A stretch of 64,000 nt of DNA from Synechococcus sp. Its GTDB lineage: Bacteria; Cyanobacteriota; Cyanobacteriia; PCC-6307; Cyanobiaceae. The stretch covers positions 864,001-928,000 of the forward strand of contig JBJBDL010000003.1 of NCBI GenBank assembly GCA_047285305.1, in the 5' to 3' direction. The stretch's first letter is position 1, and the number at the start of each line of letters is the position of its first letter. The notes under the pieces were generated by a model. That model was not told the DNA's origin. It searched no databases and was given only the letters and a program-made list of their open reading frames with translations. Made by a program: the position numbers and the translations under genes. Shown piece after piece: positions 1 through 9,851 of this stretch.

Positions 1-678
1 CAGAACCTTTGCTGTGCGCAGCATCTGGCGGCTGTTGTTCCCCAGGCTGCGCCCCCCCAGCCGCAGCAATTGGGCGATCGGTGCGGCACGACCTTCCCCT
101 CCTTCCAGAGCCACCAGGGCCAGATCCAGGGTGCTTCCGCCCAGGTCCACCACCAGCAGAGTGGAACCAGCGGGAAGCCCTGCACCCATGGCGGCTGCTG
201 TGGGTTCATCCACCAGGGCGATCTCGGCTACCGGCAGCGTGGTGCAGGCTTGCAGCAACCAGCTGCGATACGCCCGATAGCACTCCACCGGGGCGGTCAG
301 CACCAGCCGCTCCACCGGGAGATCGCTGGGGAGCCGGCTCCAGATCTGTTGCAGCAGCTGCTCTCCAGCCCAGCGGGCTGTTTCCTGCTCTGGGGCATCC
401 GCTTGCCCGATGCGGCCTTTGAAGTCGCGATGCAGACGGCTGTCCACGGAGTCATTGAGGCCTGACTCGAGCACCTGCCGACCAATCAGGGGACGTTGGG
501 ATGCATCCCACACCAGGCTGGGAATTTCACCGGCCCGGCTGCAGATGGCGGGCAGGTTCAGCAGATCCGCAGTTGTGGAGGTCGCTCCCTGATAGGCCAC
601 CACCGTGGTGGTGCTGCCTAAATCGATGGCGAGTGTTCCGCCCCGTTGGTCTGAATTCTGAAGCTTTTCTTCGCCCAC
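1..678 (-). CDS. Hsp70/DnaK-like protein (5' part; runs off window start)
   Basis: Hand translation from GTG at 678: MGEEKLQNSDQRGGTLAIDLGSTTTVVAY...ALVDEPTAAAMGAG...LVVDLGGSTLD. These are Hsp70 actin-like ATPase motifs (IDLGxT, EPTAAA, DLGGxTxD). Absent from the ORF track because its stop is outside the window. Confidence 0.85.
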   Translation of the reverse strand, partial: MGEEKLQNSDQRGGTLAIDLGSTTTVVAYQGATSTTADLLNLPAICSRAGEIPSLVWDASQRPLIGRQVLESGLNDSVDSRLHRDFKGRIGQADAPEQETARWAGEQLLQQIWSRLPSDLPVERLVLTAPVECYRAYRSWLLQACTTLPVAEIALVDEPTAAAMGAGLPAGSTLLVVDLGGSTLDLALVALEGGEGRAAPIAQLLRLGGRSLGNNSRQMLRTAKVL

Positions 679-740
679 GCGATCTCTGACCGTGCTCAGG
701 GCACGGTGAAGTCAGGATGAGACTAGGGGGACTGGCGGTG

Positions 741-1025
741 ATGGATCGATTGCAACAGCTGATCTTCTCCTTTTACCGGGAAGATCCTGAACTGCAGGAC
801 AGGCTGAAGCCGCTGCGGAGCTGTCGCATGCGTCGCAGCTGGGGCAGTATCCGCATCGAGTGCATCGACGATGCGCATCTCGAGGAATTGAGCGGTTTGG
901 TCGCTGATCTGCGCTTGCCCCTGGCGGCCTTGGGGATGGGGCGCCAGATCGTGTTGCGGGTTCCAGGCTCACGTCAGCGGGCTTACCCCATGCACGTTCC
1001 CTTTCACACCGATCAGCTTGCCTGA
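741..1025 (+). CDS. Conserved picocyanobacterial hypothetical protein
   Basis: ORF 717..1025; the second ATG at 741 (MDRLQQLIFSFYRED) is the more plausible start. Host-like codon use; fills the gap before rpoZ. Confidence 0.65.
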   Translation: MDRLQQLIFSFYREDPELQDRLKPLRSCRMRRSWGSIRIECIDDAHLEELSGLVADLRLPLAALGMGRQIVLRVPGSRQRAYPMHVPFHTDQLA

Positions 1026-1067
1026 GACGGTCACCAATTAATCTGAACCTGTTTGATCAAGAAGCCT

Positions 1068-1295
1068 GTGATTTCGGCCGGAGTGGATTCCAAGGATCTC
1101 GCCAAGCGTGGCGAAAGCTTGATTCGTCAATCAAGCAACCGTTATCTGACGACGGTGCGGATCGCCTTCCGGGCCAAGCAGCGCCGCTTCGACGACTTTG
1201 ACGGTCTGCTTGAGGAGTCCAGCGTCAAGCCGGTGCAAAGGGCCATCGTGGAATTGAGCGACGAGCAAGACCAGCCCGATCTGCTGCCTGGTTGA
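1068..1295 (+). CDS. rpoZ: RNA polymerase omega subunit
   Basis: [19 protein letters not shown]...[13 protein letters not shown] is typical of cyanobacterial RpoZ (Ycf61). Start GTG 1068 or TTG 1053. Confidence 0.9.
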   Translation: MISAGVDSKDLAKRGESLIRQSSNRYLTTVRIAFRAKQRRFDDFDGLLEESSVKPVQRAIVELSDEQDQPDLLPG

Positions 1296-1305
1296 TCCAT
1301 CGGCT

Positions 1306-1677
1306 GTGATTCAGCAGGAGGGGGACGGATGGCGGGTGTCGCACGATCCCTCCCGCGGCGAATATTGCGTTCTTGTGGGGGGAGAACGCTGGGCGTTTGA
1401 GTTGACCGAGCCGGAGTGGCGGGATCTGGTGGATCTCGTGGTGACCCTTGAACAGCAGCACAGGGGTCTGGTTGACCAACTGATGCCAGAGGAGTCGATC
1501 GAGCTGGAGCTGGATCGAGGCGTGTGGTGGGGATGCTTGAGCGGTGATCGCAACCTATGGGAGTTGCGCATCCTGCTCACCCCGCTTAAGGGACGTGCGG
1601 CGCAGGGAGAGTGGCCTGCCCCAGCGGCGGCGGCGGCCGTTGCGGCCTTGAGAACGTTGTGGGACTCGCAGCATTGA
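1306..1677 (+). CDS. DUF1818 family protein
   Basis: EGxGWR...LVGGERWAFELTEPEW pattern; cyanobacterial family found downstream of rpoZ. Confidence 0.75.
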   Translation: MIQQEGDGWRVSHDPSRGEYCVLVGGERWAFELTEPEWRDLVDLVVTLEQQHRGLVDQLMPEESIELELDRGVWWGCLSGDRNLWELRILLTPLKGRAAQGEWPAPAAAAAVAALRTLWDSQH

Positions 1678-1731
1678 TTAATCCAGCTAATCGTTTTTGA
1701 GTCATTGATTTCCCCCGTCCTTTCCCTGCTG

Positions 1732-1965
1732 CTCTGCACAGTTTTTCCACAGGCCATGGGCCGTTAATGCCGCCCTGGCGGGTTTCTGTGGAAATCCCCC
1801 GTTTGTCGTTGTTTTTGCTTGACGATGGCGGCGGGCTGCGCAGTTCCGTCTAGGCCGGCGCTTCGACCAGTGCAGGAGTAGCTTTCTGGCAGGGATCTCA
1901 CTTGGAGATTCGTGAGAATGGCTCCGTGTTGGAGGTTCTTGACGGCGGCGCCGTGGTGTGGAGAA
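1732..1965. promoter_or_regulatory. Cluster of DnaA-box-like 9-mers
   Basis: TTTTCCACA 1743-1751 (perfect), ATTTCCACA on minus 1787-1795, TTCTCCACA on minus 1957-1965, and a weaker CTCTGCACA 1732-1740. Confidence 0.45.
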
Positions 1966-1990
1966 CTAGTGTTCGTTTCGAAGAAAAAAG

Positions 1991-2236
1991 ATGCCGGAAG
2001 GCCTTGAGCAAGCCGCGGCTGAGACCAGTGTTGTGAGTTTCCAATCGGAAGTGCCACAGCCTCTCCAGCAGGCCATGAACCAGTTCATCGAAGGACATCC
2101 GAACTGGGATCAATACCGTTTGGTTCAGGCGGCGCTTGCCGGCTTCTTGGTTCAGAACGGTCAGGCATCGCGTGAGATCACTCGGGTTTACGTCGGCAAC
2201 ATGTTTCGCCGAGAATCGCTGATCAATGGGGTCTGA
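1991..2236 (+). CDS. DUF2811 domain protein
   Basis: FIEGHPNWDQYRLVQAALAGFLVQNG signature. Confidence 0.8.
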   Translation: MPEGLEQAAAETSVVSFQSEVPQPLQQAMNQFIEGHPNWDQYRLVQAALAGFLVQNGQASREITRVYVGNMFRRESLINGV

Positions 2237-2925
2237 GGCCGGCAGCAGGCCATCAGCACCAGGGCGCTGAAGGGGAGGCTGAGCAGCAGCCCCAGGGTGG
2301 CCCCGATCAGCCCCAGAAGATTGAGGCCGAGCAGCATTCCCATCAGCGCCAGCACCTTGAGCCCATTGCGGTGCACCAGCTGTCGGCTGTGGTCCATCGC
2401 CTGAAGCGCTCGGCAGCGCTCGTGCACGAGCAGGGGCAGGGCAAGGGTTTGGCTGAACAGCCAGCTCAGCAGTACCACTCCCCCCAGCAGCACGCTGAGG
2501 CCTGCCAAAGCCGTGCTCCAGCGTCCGAGCGCCCAGCTCAACGATTGAATCAATCCGACTCCACCCAGCACCAGCACCAGTTCAAGCAGCACCAGGGTGA
2601 AGGCCTGGTGCAGCAGCTGTCTCCAGCTCTGCGGTGGACGGTCGTCGCGTCGGTCGGGGAGCAAGCCATCCGTCAGTTGCAGCAGGCCCAGGAGAGGCAG
2701 CAGCGGAAGCACCAGGCTGATCAACACCGAGAGGTCCCCCAGCCGATTCAGCCATGGGGATTCCATCAGGCGCAGGTCGTGGCCGATCACTGCAGGGCCA
2801 CTGGCACTGATCAACACCAGTGCTGCCAAGCCAACACAGCGCCAGGGTCCCCGGCTGAAGCCAATCCAGGCCCGTGGCAGCAGCGTGACCAGTGGGATTT
2901 CAGTGGAGCTGGCCAAGCCGTGCAA
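2188..2925 (-). CDS. Hypothetical multi-pass membrane protein
   Basis: 245-aa ORF with several Leu-rich hydrophobic segments, in series with the EVE gene. Start uncertain. Confidence 0.7.
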   Translation of the reverse strand: MHGLASSTEIPLVTLLPRAWIGFSRGPWRCVGLAALVLISASGPAVIGHDLRLMESPWLNRLGDLSVLISLVLPLLPLLGLLQLTDGLLPDRRDDRPPQSWRQLLHQAFTLVLLELVLVLGGVGLIQSLSWALGRWSTALAGLSVLLGGVVLLSWLFSQTLALPLLVHERCRALQAMDHSRQLVHRNGLKVLALMGMLLGLNLLGLIGATLGLLLSLPFSALVLMACCRPQTPLISDSRRNMLPT

Positions 2926-3361
2926 GGAGGTCGTTGGCGGTGTCGGTGGGGACCGGAAGGATCGAGAGCCTGTTGCCGCGTTTGATCACGGGCAGCTGCT
3001 CTTCGCTGTAATGCTCCCGCAGCTGGTCGAGGCTGAGCAGAGCGTCGAATTCGCCGAGGAATCGCAGGCGTGCGCAGTCCCAGCGTGGTTTTTCGGGGCT
3101 TGACTTGGGGTCGTAATACTTGGCCGTGGGATCAAACTGAGTGGGGTCCACCAGGCCGGTCTCCATCACCTCCATCAGCCCAATGATCCCGGGTGGTTTG
3201 CAATTGGAGTGATAAAAAAATGCCTGGTCGCCCACGTCCATGCTGCGCATGAAATTGCGGGCCTGGTAGTTGCGAATGCCGTCCCACAGCGTGGTGCCCT
3301 CGCGACGCAGATCATCGATCCCGTAGGCGTCGGGTTCGCTTTTCATCAACCAGAAGGCCAC
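2900..3361 (-). CDS. EVE domain protein (PUA-like)
   Basis: FWLMKSEP...WDGIRNYQARNFMR...FFYHSNCK...RGNRLSI motifs. Confidence 0.92.
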   Translation of the reverse strand: MAFWLMKSEPDAYGIDDLRREGTTLWDGIRNYQARNFMRSMDVGDQAFFYHSNCKPPGIIGLMEVMETGLVDPTQFDPTAKYYDPKSSPEKPRWDCARLRFLGEFDALLSLDQLREHYSEEQLPVIKRGNRLSILPVPTDTANDLLARLGQLH

Positions 3362-3431
3362 GTCTCAAGGCTTGTTTCACACCATCATCGGACCGTTAGG
3401 CCCAGATGCATCCCATTGCGTTCGTTTGGTC

Positions 3432-4817
3432 TCAGGCGTCGTCCAGAAGGGGGATGATCAGGGTGCGGAAGTGTTCTCCTCTGGCCTCGAAATCCCGGTA
3501 TTGATCAAAGCTGGCGCAGGCCGGTGACAACAGCAGTGATGAGGCCTGATGCTGCTGCACGGCCGTTTCAGCCAGGTTCACAGCGCTTTCGAGCTCCGGG
3601 CACTGCAGCAGTTCGCCGGGGTATCCAGCCGCTTTGGCCAGGCTGGCCAGCTCATCGGCCCCCGTACCGAACAGGATCAGGCTGCAGACCTTGCTGTGCA
3701 GCTGCTCGAGCCAGCCACTGGCGTCGCCCTGTTTGGTCTGCCCCCCGGCCAGCACCACGATGGGTCCCTGCACGGCCCGCAAGCCAACCTCGGCTGCGTC
3801 GAAATTGGTGGCTTTGCTGTCGTTGAAAACGCTGGCTCCCGCCAAAGTGCCCAGGTGCTCAAGGCGGTGCGGTACGCCCGGAAATGTGCGCAAGGCGTCG
3901 GCGATTTGCTGGGGGGAAAGGCCGACCTCCAGGGCGGCAGCGGTCACCAGCAACAGGTTTTGGCGGTTGTGGCGGCCCGGCATCGCCAGGGCATCAGCCG
4001 CAAACAATCTGGTGGCGTTGTTGCGCACCATGCCCTCGTCATCAATCCAGAGGTCGGCGGGCTGGTTGTCCGGACGCGCGCCCTCACTGCTCACCCAGGT
4101 GCCGCGGTCCCAGCTGCTGCGTTGCTGGCGCAGATCTGGATCATCGGCATTGAAGAGGGCGCACGCCGAGCGTTCGAGTAGCCCGCGTTTGATGGCCCGA
4201 TAGGCCTCCAGGCTGCCGTGGCGCTCGAGATGGTCTGGGGTCAGCGTGGTCCAGATGCCGATCTTGGGGGCCACAGCGGGTGCTGCCTCAATCTGGTAAC
4301 TGCTGAGTTCCATCACGAGCCAATCGGGGCGGGGCGTTGCCCCTGAGCTGATCTGGAAGGCCAGCTCTGCCGCGGAGAGGCCCATGTTTCCCCCCATCGG
4401 TGCCGTGAGGCCTGAGGCCCTTAACACGTGGCTGAGCAGATGGGTGACCGTGGTTTTGCCGTTGGTTCCTGTGATGCCGATCCAGGGGATCTGTTGAAGG
4501 GCATCCCAGGCCAGATCCATCTCGCTGCGCACCTGGACGCCCTCGGATCGCAGCTGGTCAAGGGTTGGGTGATCCCAGGGGATGCCGGGGCCGATCACCA
4601 CAGCGTCCAGGTTGTCGCGCCAGGCGTCAAAGCTTTCCAGGGTCAGGGGCTGCCCCAGCACCACCCGAATGCCCTCTTCGGTGAGCATTTTCGAAGTGTG
4701 TTGGAGGGCTTCGTTATCGCCGCGTTCGAACACAACAACGTCACGATTCTGCTGCTTGAGCAAACGTGCAGCCCCCAAACCTGAGCGACCCAAGCCAACG
4801 ACAATCGTGCGTGTCAT
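3432..4817 (-). CDS. murD: UDP-N-acetylmuramoyl-L-alanine--D-glutamate ligase
   Basis: GLGRSG, GITGTNGKTT, ELSSYQ, NDSKATN and LLSPACASFDQY motifs. Confidence 0.97.
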   Translation of the reverse strand: MTRTIVVGLGRSGLGAARLLKQQNRDVVVFERGDNEALQHTSKMLTEEGIRVVLGQPLTLESFDAWRDNLDAVVIGPGIPWDHPTLDQLRSEGVQVRSEMDLAWDALQQIPWIGITGTNGKTTVTHLLSHVLRASGLTAPMGGNMGLSAAELAFQISSGATPRPDWLVMELSSYQIEAAPAVAPKIGIWTTLTPDHLERHGSLEAYRAIKRGLLERSACALFNADDPDLRQQRSSWDRGTWVSSEGARPDNQPADLWIDDEGMVRNNATRLFAADALAMPGRHNRQNLLLVTAAALEVGLSPQQIADALRTFPGVPHRLEHLGTLAGASVFNDSKATNFDAAEVGLRAVQGPIVVLAGGQTKQGDASGWLEQLHSKVCSLILFGTGADELASLAKAAGYPGELLQCPELESAVNLAETAVQQHQASSLLLSPACASFDQYRDFEARGEHFRTLIIPLLDDA

Positions 4818-4859
4818 CGCGAGGTCTGAGGTTTGAAAACGCAGTCCCGACAGGGAAAG

Positions 4860-4931
4860 TGGGCGATACTGGATTTGAACCAGTGACTCCTACAATGTCA
4901 ATGTAGTGCTCTACCCCTGAGCTAATCGCCC
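4860..4931 (-). tRNA. tRNA-Val(GAC)
   Basis: Reverse complement GGGCGATTAGCTCAGGGGTAGAGCACTACATTGACATTGTAGGAGTCACTGGTTCAAATCCAGTATCGCCCA folds as a cloverleaf; anticodon stem CTACA/TGTAG around GAC. Confidence 0.97.
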
Positions 4932-5004
4932 GACATCGATCGAGTTGAAATCTTGTGATTTCAACGACCGAGGCTGAACAGTAGCAGCTGGTGGGCAGCT
5001 CAAC

Positions 5005-5784
5005 TCAACTGCGGCGCAGTTCAACGCGCCAGCGCTCCCGTTTGGTGCGGGTGAGCGAGATCACCTCCACTGAGCCGCGATCCTGCAGTTGCAGTCGGTC
5101 GCCCACCACCAGTTCACGGCTGGCCTGACGCACGTTGCCCCAGTTGAGCCGTAAACGCCCAGCTTTGACGTGGGTCACGATTTTGGCTCGGGACAGACCG
5201 AATCCTGCTGACGCAATCGCATCCAGGCGACAGGAGGCCTCCACCGTCTGCAGGGTGCGGATGCTGCGTTGCACAGGCTGATGCAACTGCTCCACAGCGC
5301 GGGATTCGCAGCGAATCTCCACCTCGCGCACGGCCCCCAGGCGGCCATGCAGGGCTTCGGCAGCGCTGGGGGTGCAGACCCCTTGCCCGCCGCGATCGCC
5401 CCGCACCCAGAGATCGCCGATGTTGTCCGCGTCGACGCCCATGGCCTGCAATGCTTCGCGCAGGTCCTCGGGGGAGAGGGGGTCGAAGAGGAAATTGCCT
5501 TCGATCAGCAAGCCTTGAGCCGGGGCCGCTGGATCAGGGCTGTCGTCGCGACGGTGGCAGAGCAGCCTTTGGCGTTCGGCGCCTGGATAGCCGCCATCAC
5601 TGATCCAGGTCAATTCACTGAGGCTGCCCAGGCGAGCCAAGGCTTCCTCCCGCAGCGGTGCGCTGAGAAAGGGACTCCAGGCTGGTTGCCAGGTGCGCAA
5701 CACCTGCTCCGCGAGATCGACCAGCACCGTCAGCCCTTCCGGGTTCTGGGTCCCCGCCAGCAGCTCCTCCCGGGGCAGCATCAC
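5005..5784 (-). CDS. Photosystem II S4-domain protein (YlmH/Sll1252 family)
   Basis: [17 protein letters not shown] and a C-terminal S4 domain [20 protein letters not shown]. Confidence 0.9.
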   Translation of the reverse strand: MMLPREELLAGTQNPEGLTVLVDLAEQVLRTWQPAWSPFLSAPLREEALARLGSLSELTWISDGGYPGAERQRLLCHRRDDSPDPAAPAQGLLIEGNFLFDPLSPEDLREALQAMGVDADNIGDLWVRGDRGGQGVCTPSAAEALHGRLGAVREVEIRCESRAVEQLHQPVQRSIRTLQTVEASCRLDAIASAGFGLSRAKIVTHVKAGRLRLNWGNVRQASRELVVGDRLQLQDRGSVEVISLTRTKRERWRVELRRS

Positions 5785-6281
5785 AGGTCGTCGAGCCGAA
5801 CCACCTGCTGCGGCCGCGACTTTTGAATCACCTGCCAGGGGGCCTCGATGCCATTGGGGGTTTCCAGCAGCACCAGCCAGCGTCCTTCGTCGCGGCGGTT
5901 GCGCAGGATCCGTACACCTGCGTCGTTGTCGGAATCCACGCTGGCGGCTGCGGCGTAGCTCCCCATCAGGCCAGAGCCCATGCCCAGTAGGCCTCCAATC
6001 AGGGTCTCACCCCAGGGACCAAAACTGGCGAAGGTGGTGAGGGTGGTGATCTTGGTGAAGGTGACCCCTGCCAGGAAACCGAAGGGCAACAGCCAGCGGG
6101 CCATGCCCCGCTGCCGCTGTTGGCGCGTGAGGTTGGGGTTCAGCAGGGCAACCTTGTTGATGGCATCACCATCTGGGGGGATCGTCAGACACTTCAGCAG
6201 CGGCAGATCGGTGTCCCGGAGCCGCTGGGTCAGGCCTTCCGCCGCAGGGGCATCGGCCATCACCATCACACAGACGGGCAT
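5781..6281 (-). CDS. Conserved hypothetical membrane protein
   Basis: MPVCVMV... with [13 protein letters not shown] and two hydrophobic segments. Its stop overlaps the S4 gene start. The track's upstream extension overlaps serA and is spurious. Confidence 0.75.
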   Translation of the reverse strand: MPVCVMVMADAPAAEGLTQRLRDTDLPLLKCLTIPPDGDAINKVALLNPNLTRQQRQRGMARWLLPFGFLAGVTFTKITTLTTFASFGPWGETLIGGLLGMGSGLMGSYAAAASVDSDNDAGVRILRNRRDEGRWLVLLETPNGIEAPWQVIQKSRPQQVVRLDDL

Positions 6282-6387
6282 GGGGCATTCAGGTCCAATG
6301 CGCTGAATTCTGAACCCTGTGCTTCGAATTGGAGGGGGTGGTGGATGTCGATCTCTACAGTTCACCGCGGCAGTTCTGCGCCTTTCG

Positions 6388-7974
6388 ATGACGAAAGTTC
6401 TTGTCTCCGATCCGATCGACCAGGCCGGGATCGACATCCTTGGCCAAGTGGCGCAGGTGGATAAGCGCACCGGCCTCTCGGAGGAGGAGCTGATCGGGAT
6501 CATCGGTGAGTACGACGGATTGATGATCCGGTCCGGCACCCAGGTGACCGCAGCGGTGATAGCGGCGGCAAGCCGGCTCAAGATCATCGGCCGCGCCGGC
6601 GTCGGCGTCGACAACGTTGATGTGCCTGCGGCCACCCAGCGAGGTGTGCTGGTGGTGAACTCGCCGGAGGGCAACACCATCGCCGCAGCGGAGCATGCTC
6701 TGGCGATGATGCTGACTCTCTCGCGGCACATTCCTCAGGCCCATGGCGGCATGCGGGCCGGCAAGTGGGACCGCAAGAAATACGTCGGCAACGAGCTCTA
6801 CAAAAAGACCCTGGGGGTGGTCGGTCTCGGCAAGATTGGTTCTCACGTCGCCCGGGTTGCCCAGGCCATGGGCATGGAGGTGATCGCCTACGACCCCTTC
6901 ATTGCCGCCGACAGGGCTCAACGGATGCAGGTGAAGCTGCTGGAGCTGGATGAGCTGTTCCGCACCGCCGACTACGTCACCCTGCACATCCCGCGCACCA
7001 AGGACACCGAGAACCTGGTGAATGCGGAGCTGCTGCGCACGATGAAGCCCACGGCGCGGATCGTGAACTGCGCCCGCGGCGGCGTGGTGGATGAGGCGGC
7101 GATCGCTGAAGCCATCAACAACGGTGTAATCGCCGGTGCTGGCCTGGATGTGTACGCAAGTGAGCCCCTGGTGGAAGACTCCCCCCTGCGGGCGGTGGAG
7201 CGTGGTCTGGTGCTTACGCCCCACCTCGGTGCATCGACGGAAGAGGCCCAGGAGAATGTGGCGATCGATGTGGCTGAGCAGATCCGTGATGTGCTGCTGG
7301 GTCTGCCGGCCCGCAGTGCGGTCAACATTCCCGGCCTCAGCGCCGAGATCATGGAGCGGCTCAAACCCCATCTCCAGCTCGCTGAGACGGTCGGTCTGCT
7401 CGTCAGTCAGCTAGCTGGCGGTCATGTGAAGGAGATGGAACTGCGCTTGCAAGGGGAATTCGCCAGCCATCCCTCCCAGCCTCTGGTGATTGCTGCTCTG
7501 AAGGGTCTGCTCAGTGCAGGCCTGGGTGACAGCATCAACTTCGTGAATGCCTCTCTCGAGGCCAAGGCCCGCGGCATTCAGGTGCTGGAGGTGAAGGATG
7601 AGAGCAGCCGCGACTTTGCTGGTGGCTCACTGCAAATCACCACCCGTGGGGATCAGGGCAGCCGAAGTGTCACCGGTGCCGTTTTTGCCGATGGCGATCT
7701 GCGCATCACCAGCATCGATGCCTTCCCGGTGAATGTGACCCCCAGCAGCCACATGTTGTTCACCCGACACCGGGACATGCCGGGAATCATTGGTCACCTG
7801 GGCTCTCTGCTGGGCGAACACAACGTCAACATCGCTTCCATGCAGGTGGGCCGCAAAATCGTGCGCGGTGATGCGGTGATGGTGCTCAGCATCGATGATC
7901 CGATCCCAGCAGATCTGCTGCAGACGATCACGGCAATCGATGGCATCCAGGAAGCACACCCGGTCACGCTCTGA
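6388..7974 (+). CDS. serA: D-3-phosphoglycerate dehydrogenase
   Basis: [22 protein letters not shown], Gx[12 protein letters not shown] and a C-terminal ACT domain. Confidence 0.97.
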   Translation: MTKVLVSDPIDQAGIDILGQVAQVDKRTGLSEEELIGIIGEYDGLMIRSGTQVTAAVIAAASRLKIIGRAGVGVDNVDVPAATQRGVLVVNSPEGNTIAAAEHALAMMLTLSRHIPQAHGGMRAGKWDRKKYVGNELYKKTLGVVGLGKIGSHVARVAQAMGMEVIAYDPFIAADRAQRMQVKLLELDELFRTADYVTLHIPRTKDTENLVNAELLRTMKPTARIVNCARGGVVDEAAIAEAINNGVIAGAGLDVYASEPLVEDSPLRAVERGLVLTPHLGASTEEAQENVAIDVAEQIRDVLLGLPARSAVNIPGLSAEIMERLKPHLQLAETVGLLVSQLAGGHVKEMELRLQGEFASHPSQPLVIAALKGLLSAGLGDSINFVNASLEAKARGIQVLEVKDESSRDFAGGSLQITTRGDQGSRSVTGAVFADGDLRITSIDAFPVNVTPSSHMLFTRHRDMPGIIGHLGSLLGEHNVNIASMQVGRKIVRGDAVMVLSIDDPIPADLLQTITAIDGIQEAHPVTL

Positions 7975-8861
7975 TGTGGTGGCGTCTCACACTCCCGTGT
8001 CCTCCGGAGCTGGAGGAATCGTTGGTGTGGAAACTGACGGATCTGGGGCTGCATCGCCATGCGGTGCAGCATGCGCCGGAAACGCCTGATCGCAAGACAC
8101 TGTTGATCTGGCTCCCGAAGCCAGAGTGGCCGGAACCTCAGCGGCGGGAGCTGGTCGCCAGCCTGCAGCCGCTGGCGGAGCCCTTTGGACTCAGCCTGCC
8201 CGATGGGCACTGGGACGATGTGGCCGACGAGGATTGGAGCCTCAGCTGGAAACAGCATTGGCAGGCCGATCCTGTCGGTACGGATCTGTTGATCCTGCCG
8301 GCCTGGCTGGAGGTTCCGCCGGAGCATGCCGACCGGCTGGTGATCAAGATGGATCCGGGCAGTGCCTTCGGCACAGGAAGTCACCCCACCACCCGGCTCT
8401 GCCTGGAGGCTTTGGAGCAGTCGCCTCCGGTGGGGGCGCTTGTGGCCGATCTGGGCTGCGGCAGCGGGGTGCTGGGCCTCGCTGCGCTGGGCCTGGGGGC
8501 GGAGTCGGTGGTGGCCGCTGACACCGATTCCCTTGCGGTGCGTGCCACGGCGGACAACCGCGGCCTCAACGACCGATCGGAGGCTGAACTTCAGGTGGCT
8601 CTTGGTTCTGTGGAGACCCTCAACGAGATTCTCGCGCCCCGCCGCGCTGATCTGCTGCTCTGCAACATCCTGGCTCCGGTGATTGAAGCCCTCTCCCCGG
8701 GTTTCGAGGGGCTGCTTCAGCCCGACGGGCGCGCTCTGCTCAGTGGGCTCCTTGTGGATCAGGCGCCACGCCTGAAGGAGGTCCTCGGGGGCTTGGGCTG
8801 GTTGGTCACCGCCGAGGCGGCACAGGGCCGCTGGGGGCTGCTGGAGATCCGCCGCCGCTAG
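7974..8861 (+). CDS. prmA: Ribosomal protein L11 methyltransferase
   Basis: DPGSAFGTGSHPTTRLCL, DLGCGSGVL and CNILA motifs. Confidence 0.95.
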   Translation: MWWRLTLPCPPELEESLVWKLTDLGLHRHAVQHAPETPDRKTLLIWLPKPEWPEPQRRELVASLQPLAEPFGLSLPDGHWDDVADEDWSLSWKQHWQADPVGTDLLILPAWLEVPPEHADRLVIKMDPGSAFGTGSHPTTRLCLEALEQSPPVGALVADLGCGSGVLGLAALGLGAESVVAADTDSLAVRATADNRGLNDRSEAELQVALGSVETLNEILAPRRADLLLCNILAPVIEALSPGFEGLLQPDGRALLSGLLVDQAPRLKEVLGGLGWLVTAEAAQGRWGLLEIRRR

Positions 8862-9016
8862 GTCTGGCTCTATAAGCCAGGCTTATCAGAGTGGGGTCTC
8901 CGATTGGTCCTCCTCCCTAGTGGCCATGGAATCGTCAGGTTGAGCACCTATTTGAAGTAAAAATGTGGCGTTCTGCAGGACCGGGTTTTCCGGAACCCTG
9001 TACGCATTCATCAATC

Positions 9017-9316
9017 ATGGCTTCCTACAAGGTCACTCTGGTCTCCGAGAGCGAAGGTCTGAACAAGACCATCGAAGTGCCTGACGACCAGTACATCCTC
9101 GACGCTGCTGAAGAGCAGGGCATCGACCTCCCCTACTCCTGCCGAGCTGGCGCTTGCTCCACCTGCGCCGGCAAGATCACCGCTGGCACCGTCGACCAGT
9201 CCGACCAGAGCTTCCTGGACGACGACCAGATCGAAGCTGGTTTCGTGTTGACCTGTGTCGCCTACCCCACCAGCGACTGCACCATCAAGACCCACGCCGA
9301 AGAAGAGCTCTATTGA
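9017..9316 (+). CDS. petF: Plant-type [2Fe-2S] ferredoxin
   Basis: MASYKVTL...[12 protein letters not shown]...VLTCVAYP; highly expressed codon bias. Confidence 0.98.
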   Translation: MASYKVTLVSESEGLNKTIEVPDDQYILDAAEEQGIDLPYSCRAGACSTCAGKITAGTVDQSDQSFLDDDQIEAGFVLTCVAYPTSDCTIKTHAEEELY

Positions 9317-9345
9317 GCCTCTGTCCTTCAACTGGACGTGTCCTC

Positions 9346-9372
9346 AACCACCCCTTCGGGGGTGGTTTTTTT
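9346..9372 (+). terminator. Rho-independent terminator of petF
   Basis: AACCACCCC-TTCG-GGGGTGGTT followed by a T run. Confidence 0.85.
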
Positions 9373-9415
9373 GGGTCTGGTCGTCTTCCATGCGTGTCCC
9401 TTGTCTTCTCCTGTC

Positions 9416-9802
9416 GTGAGCGACCCCGAAGTCGACGATCTTCTGGAGCCCGGCAGCGTTCACACCAGCCCCGGCGGTCAGTACAGCTTCCGCGTCATCG
9501 GGCCCTGTTGCCGGTTGTTTGATCGCGAAGAACTGCCCTGGCCCTGCTGTCGTCTGGCCTGGCGCAGCAAAGAGCCGAGCTGGCGACGGATCGGACGGCG
9601 GTTTGTTCCCGACCTGGCGGCCCGGCGTTGCCCCTCCTACGCCGTGGAACTGCTGCAGCCGGGAGGACGACCCACACCCACCGTATTGACCCTGTTCTCT
9701 GTTCGTTTCAGCCGGGATCTGCAGGAGTGGTGGTACAGCCGCCATCCCAACTCCATGGCTCCTGAGCAGGTGAGTCCCCAACAAAAAGGCCCGACGGCCT
9801 GA
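9416..9802 (+). CDS. Conserved cyanobacterial hypothetical protein with twin PCCRL motifs
   Basis: GTG start at 9416 (MSDPEVDDLL); FRVIGPCCRLFDREELPWPCCRLAWRSKEPSW. Confidence 0.7.
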   Translation: MSDPEVDDLLEPGSVHTSPGGQYSFRVIGPCCRLFDREELPWPCCRLAWRSKEPSWRRIGRRFVPDLAARRCPSYAVELLQPGGRPTPTVLTLFSVRFSRDLQEWWYSRHPNSMAPEQVSPQQKGPTA

Positions 9803-9813
9803 GGCCGCCGGGG
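9783..9813 (-). terminator. Probable terminator of psbV
   Basis: Minus strand CCCGGCGGCC-TCA-GGCCGTCGGG then CCTTTTT. Confidence 0.65.
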
Positions 9814-9851
9814 ACGAACGATTCTGATTGGAGTTGATCGGCAGAAGCTGA

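Noticed and set aside
9..689. Several plus-strand ORFs at the window start
   Set aside because: They are antisense shadows of the minus-strand Hsp70-like gene.
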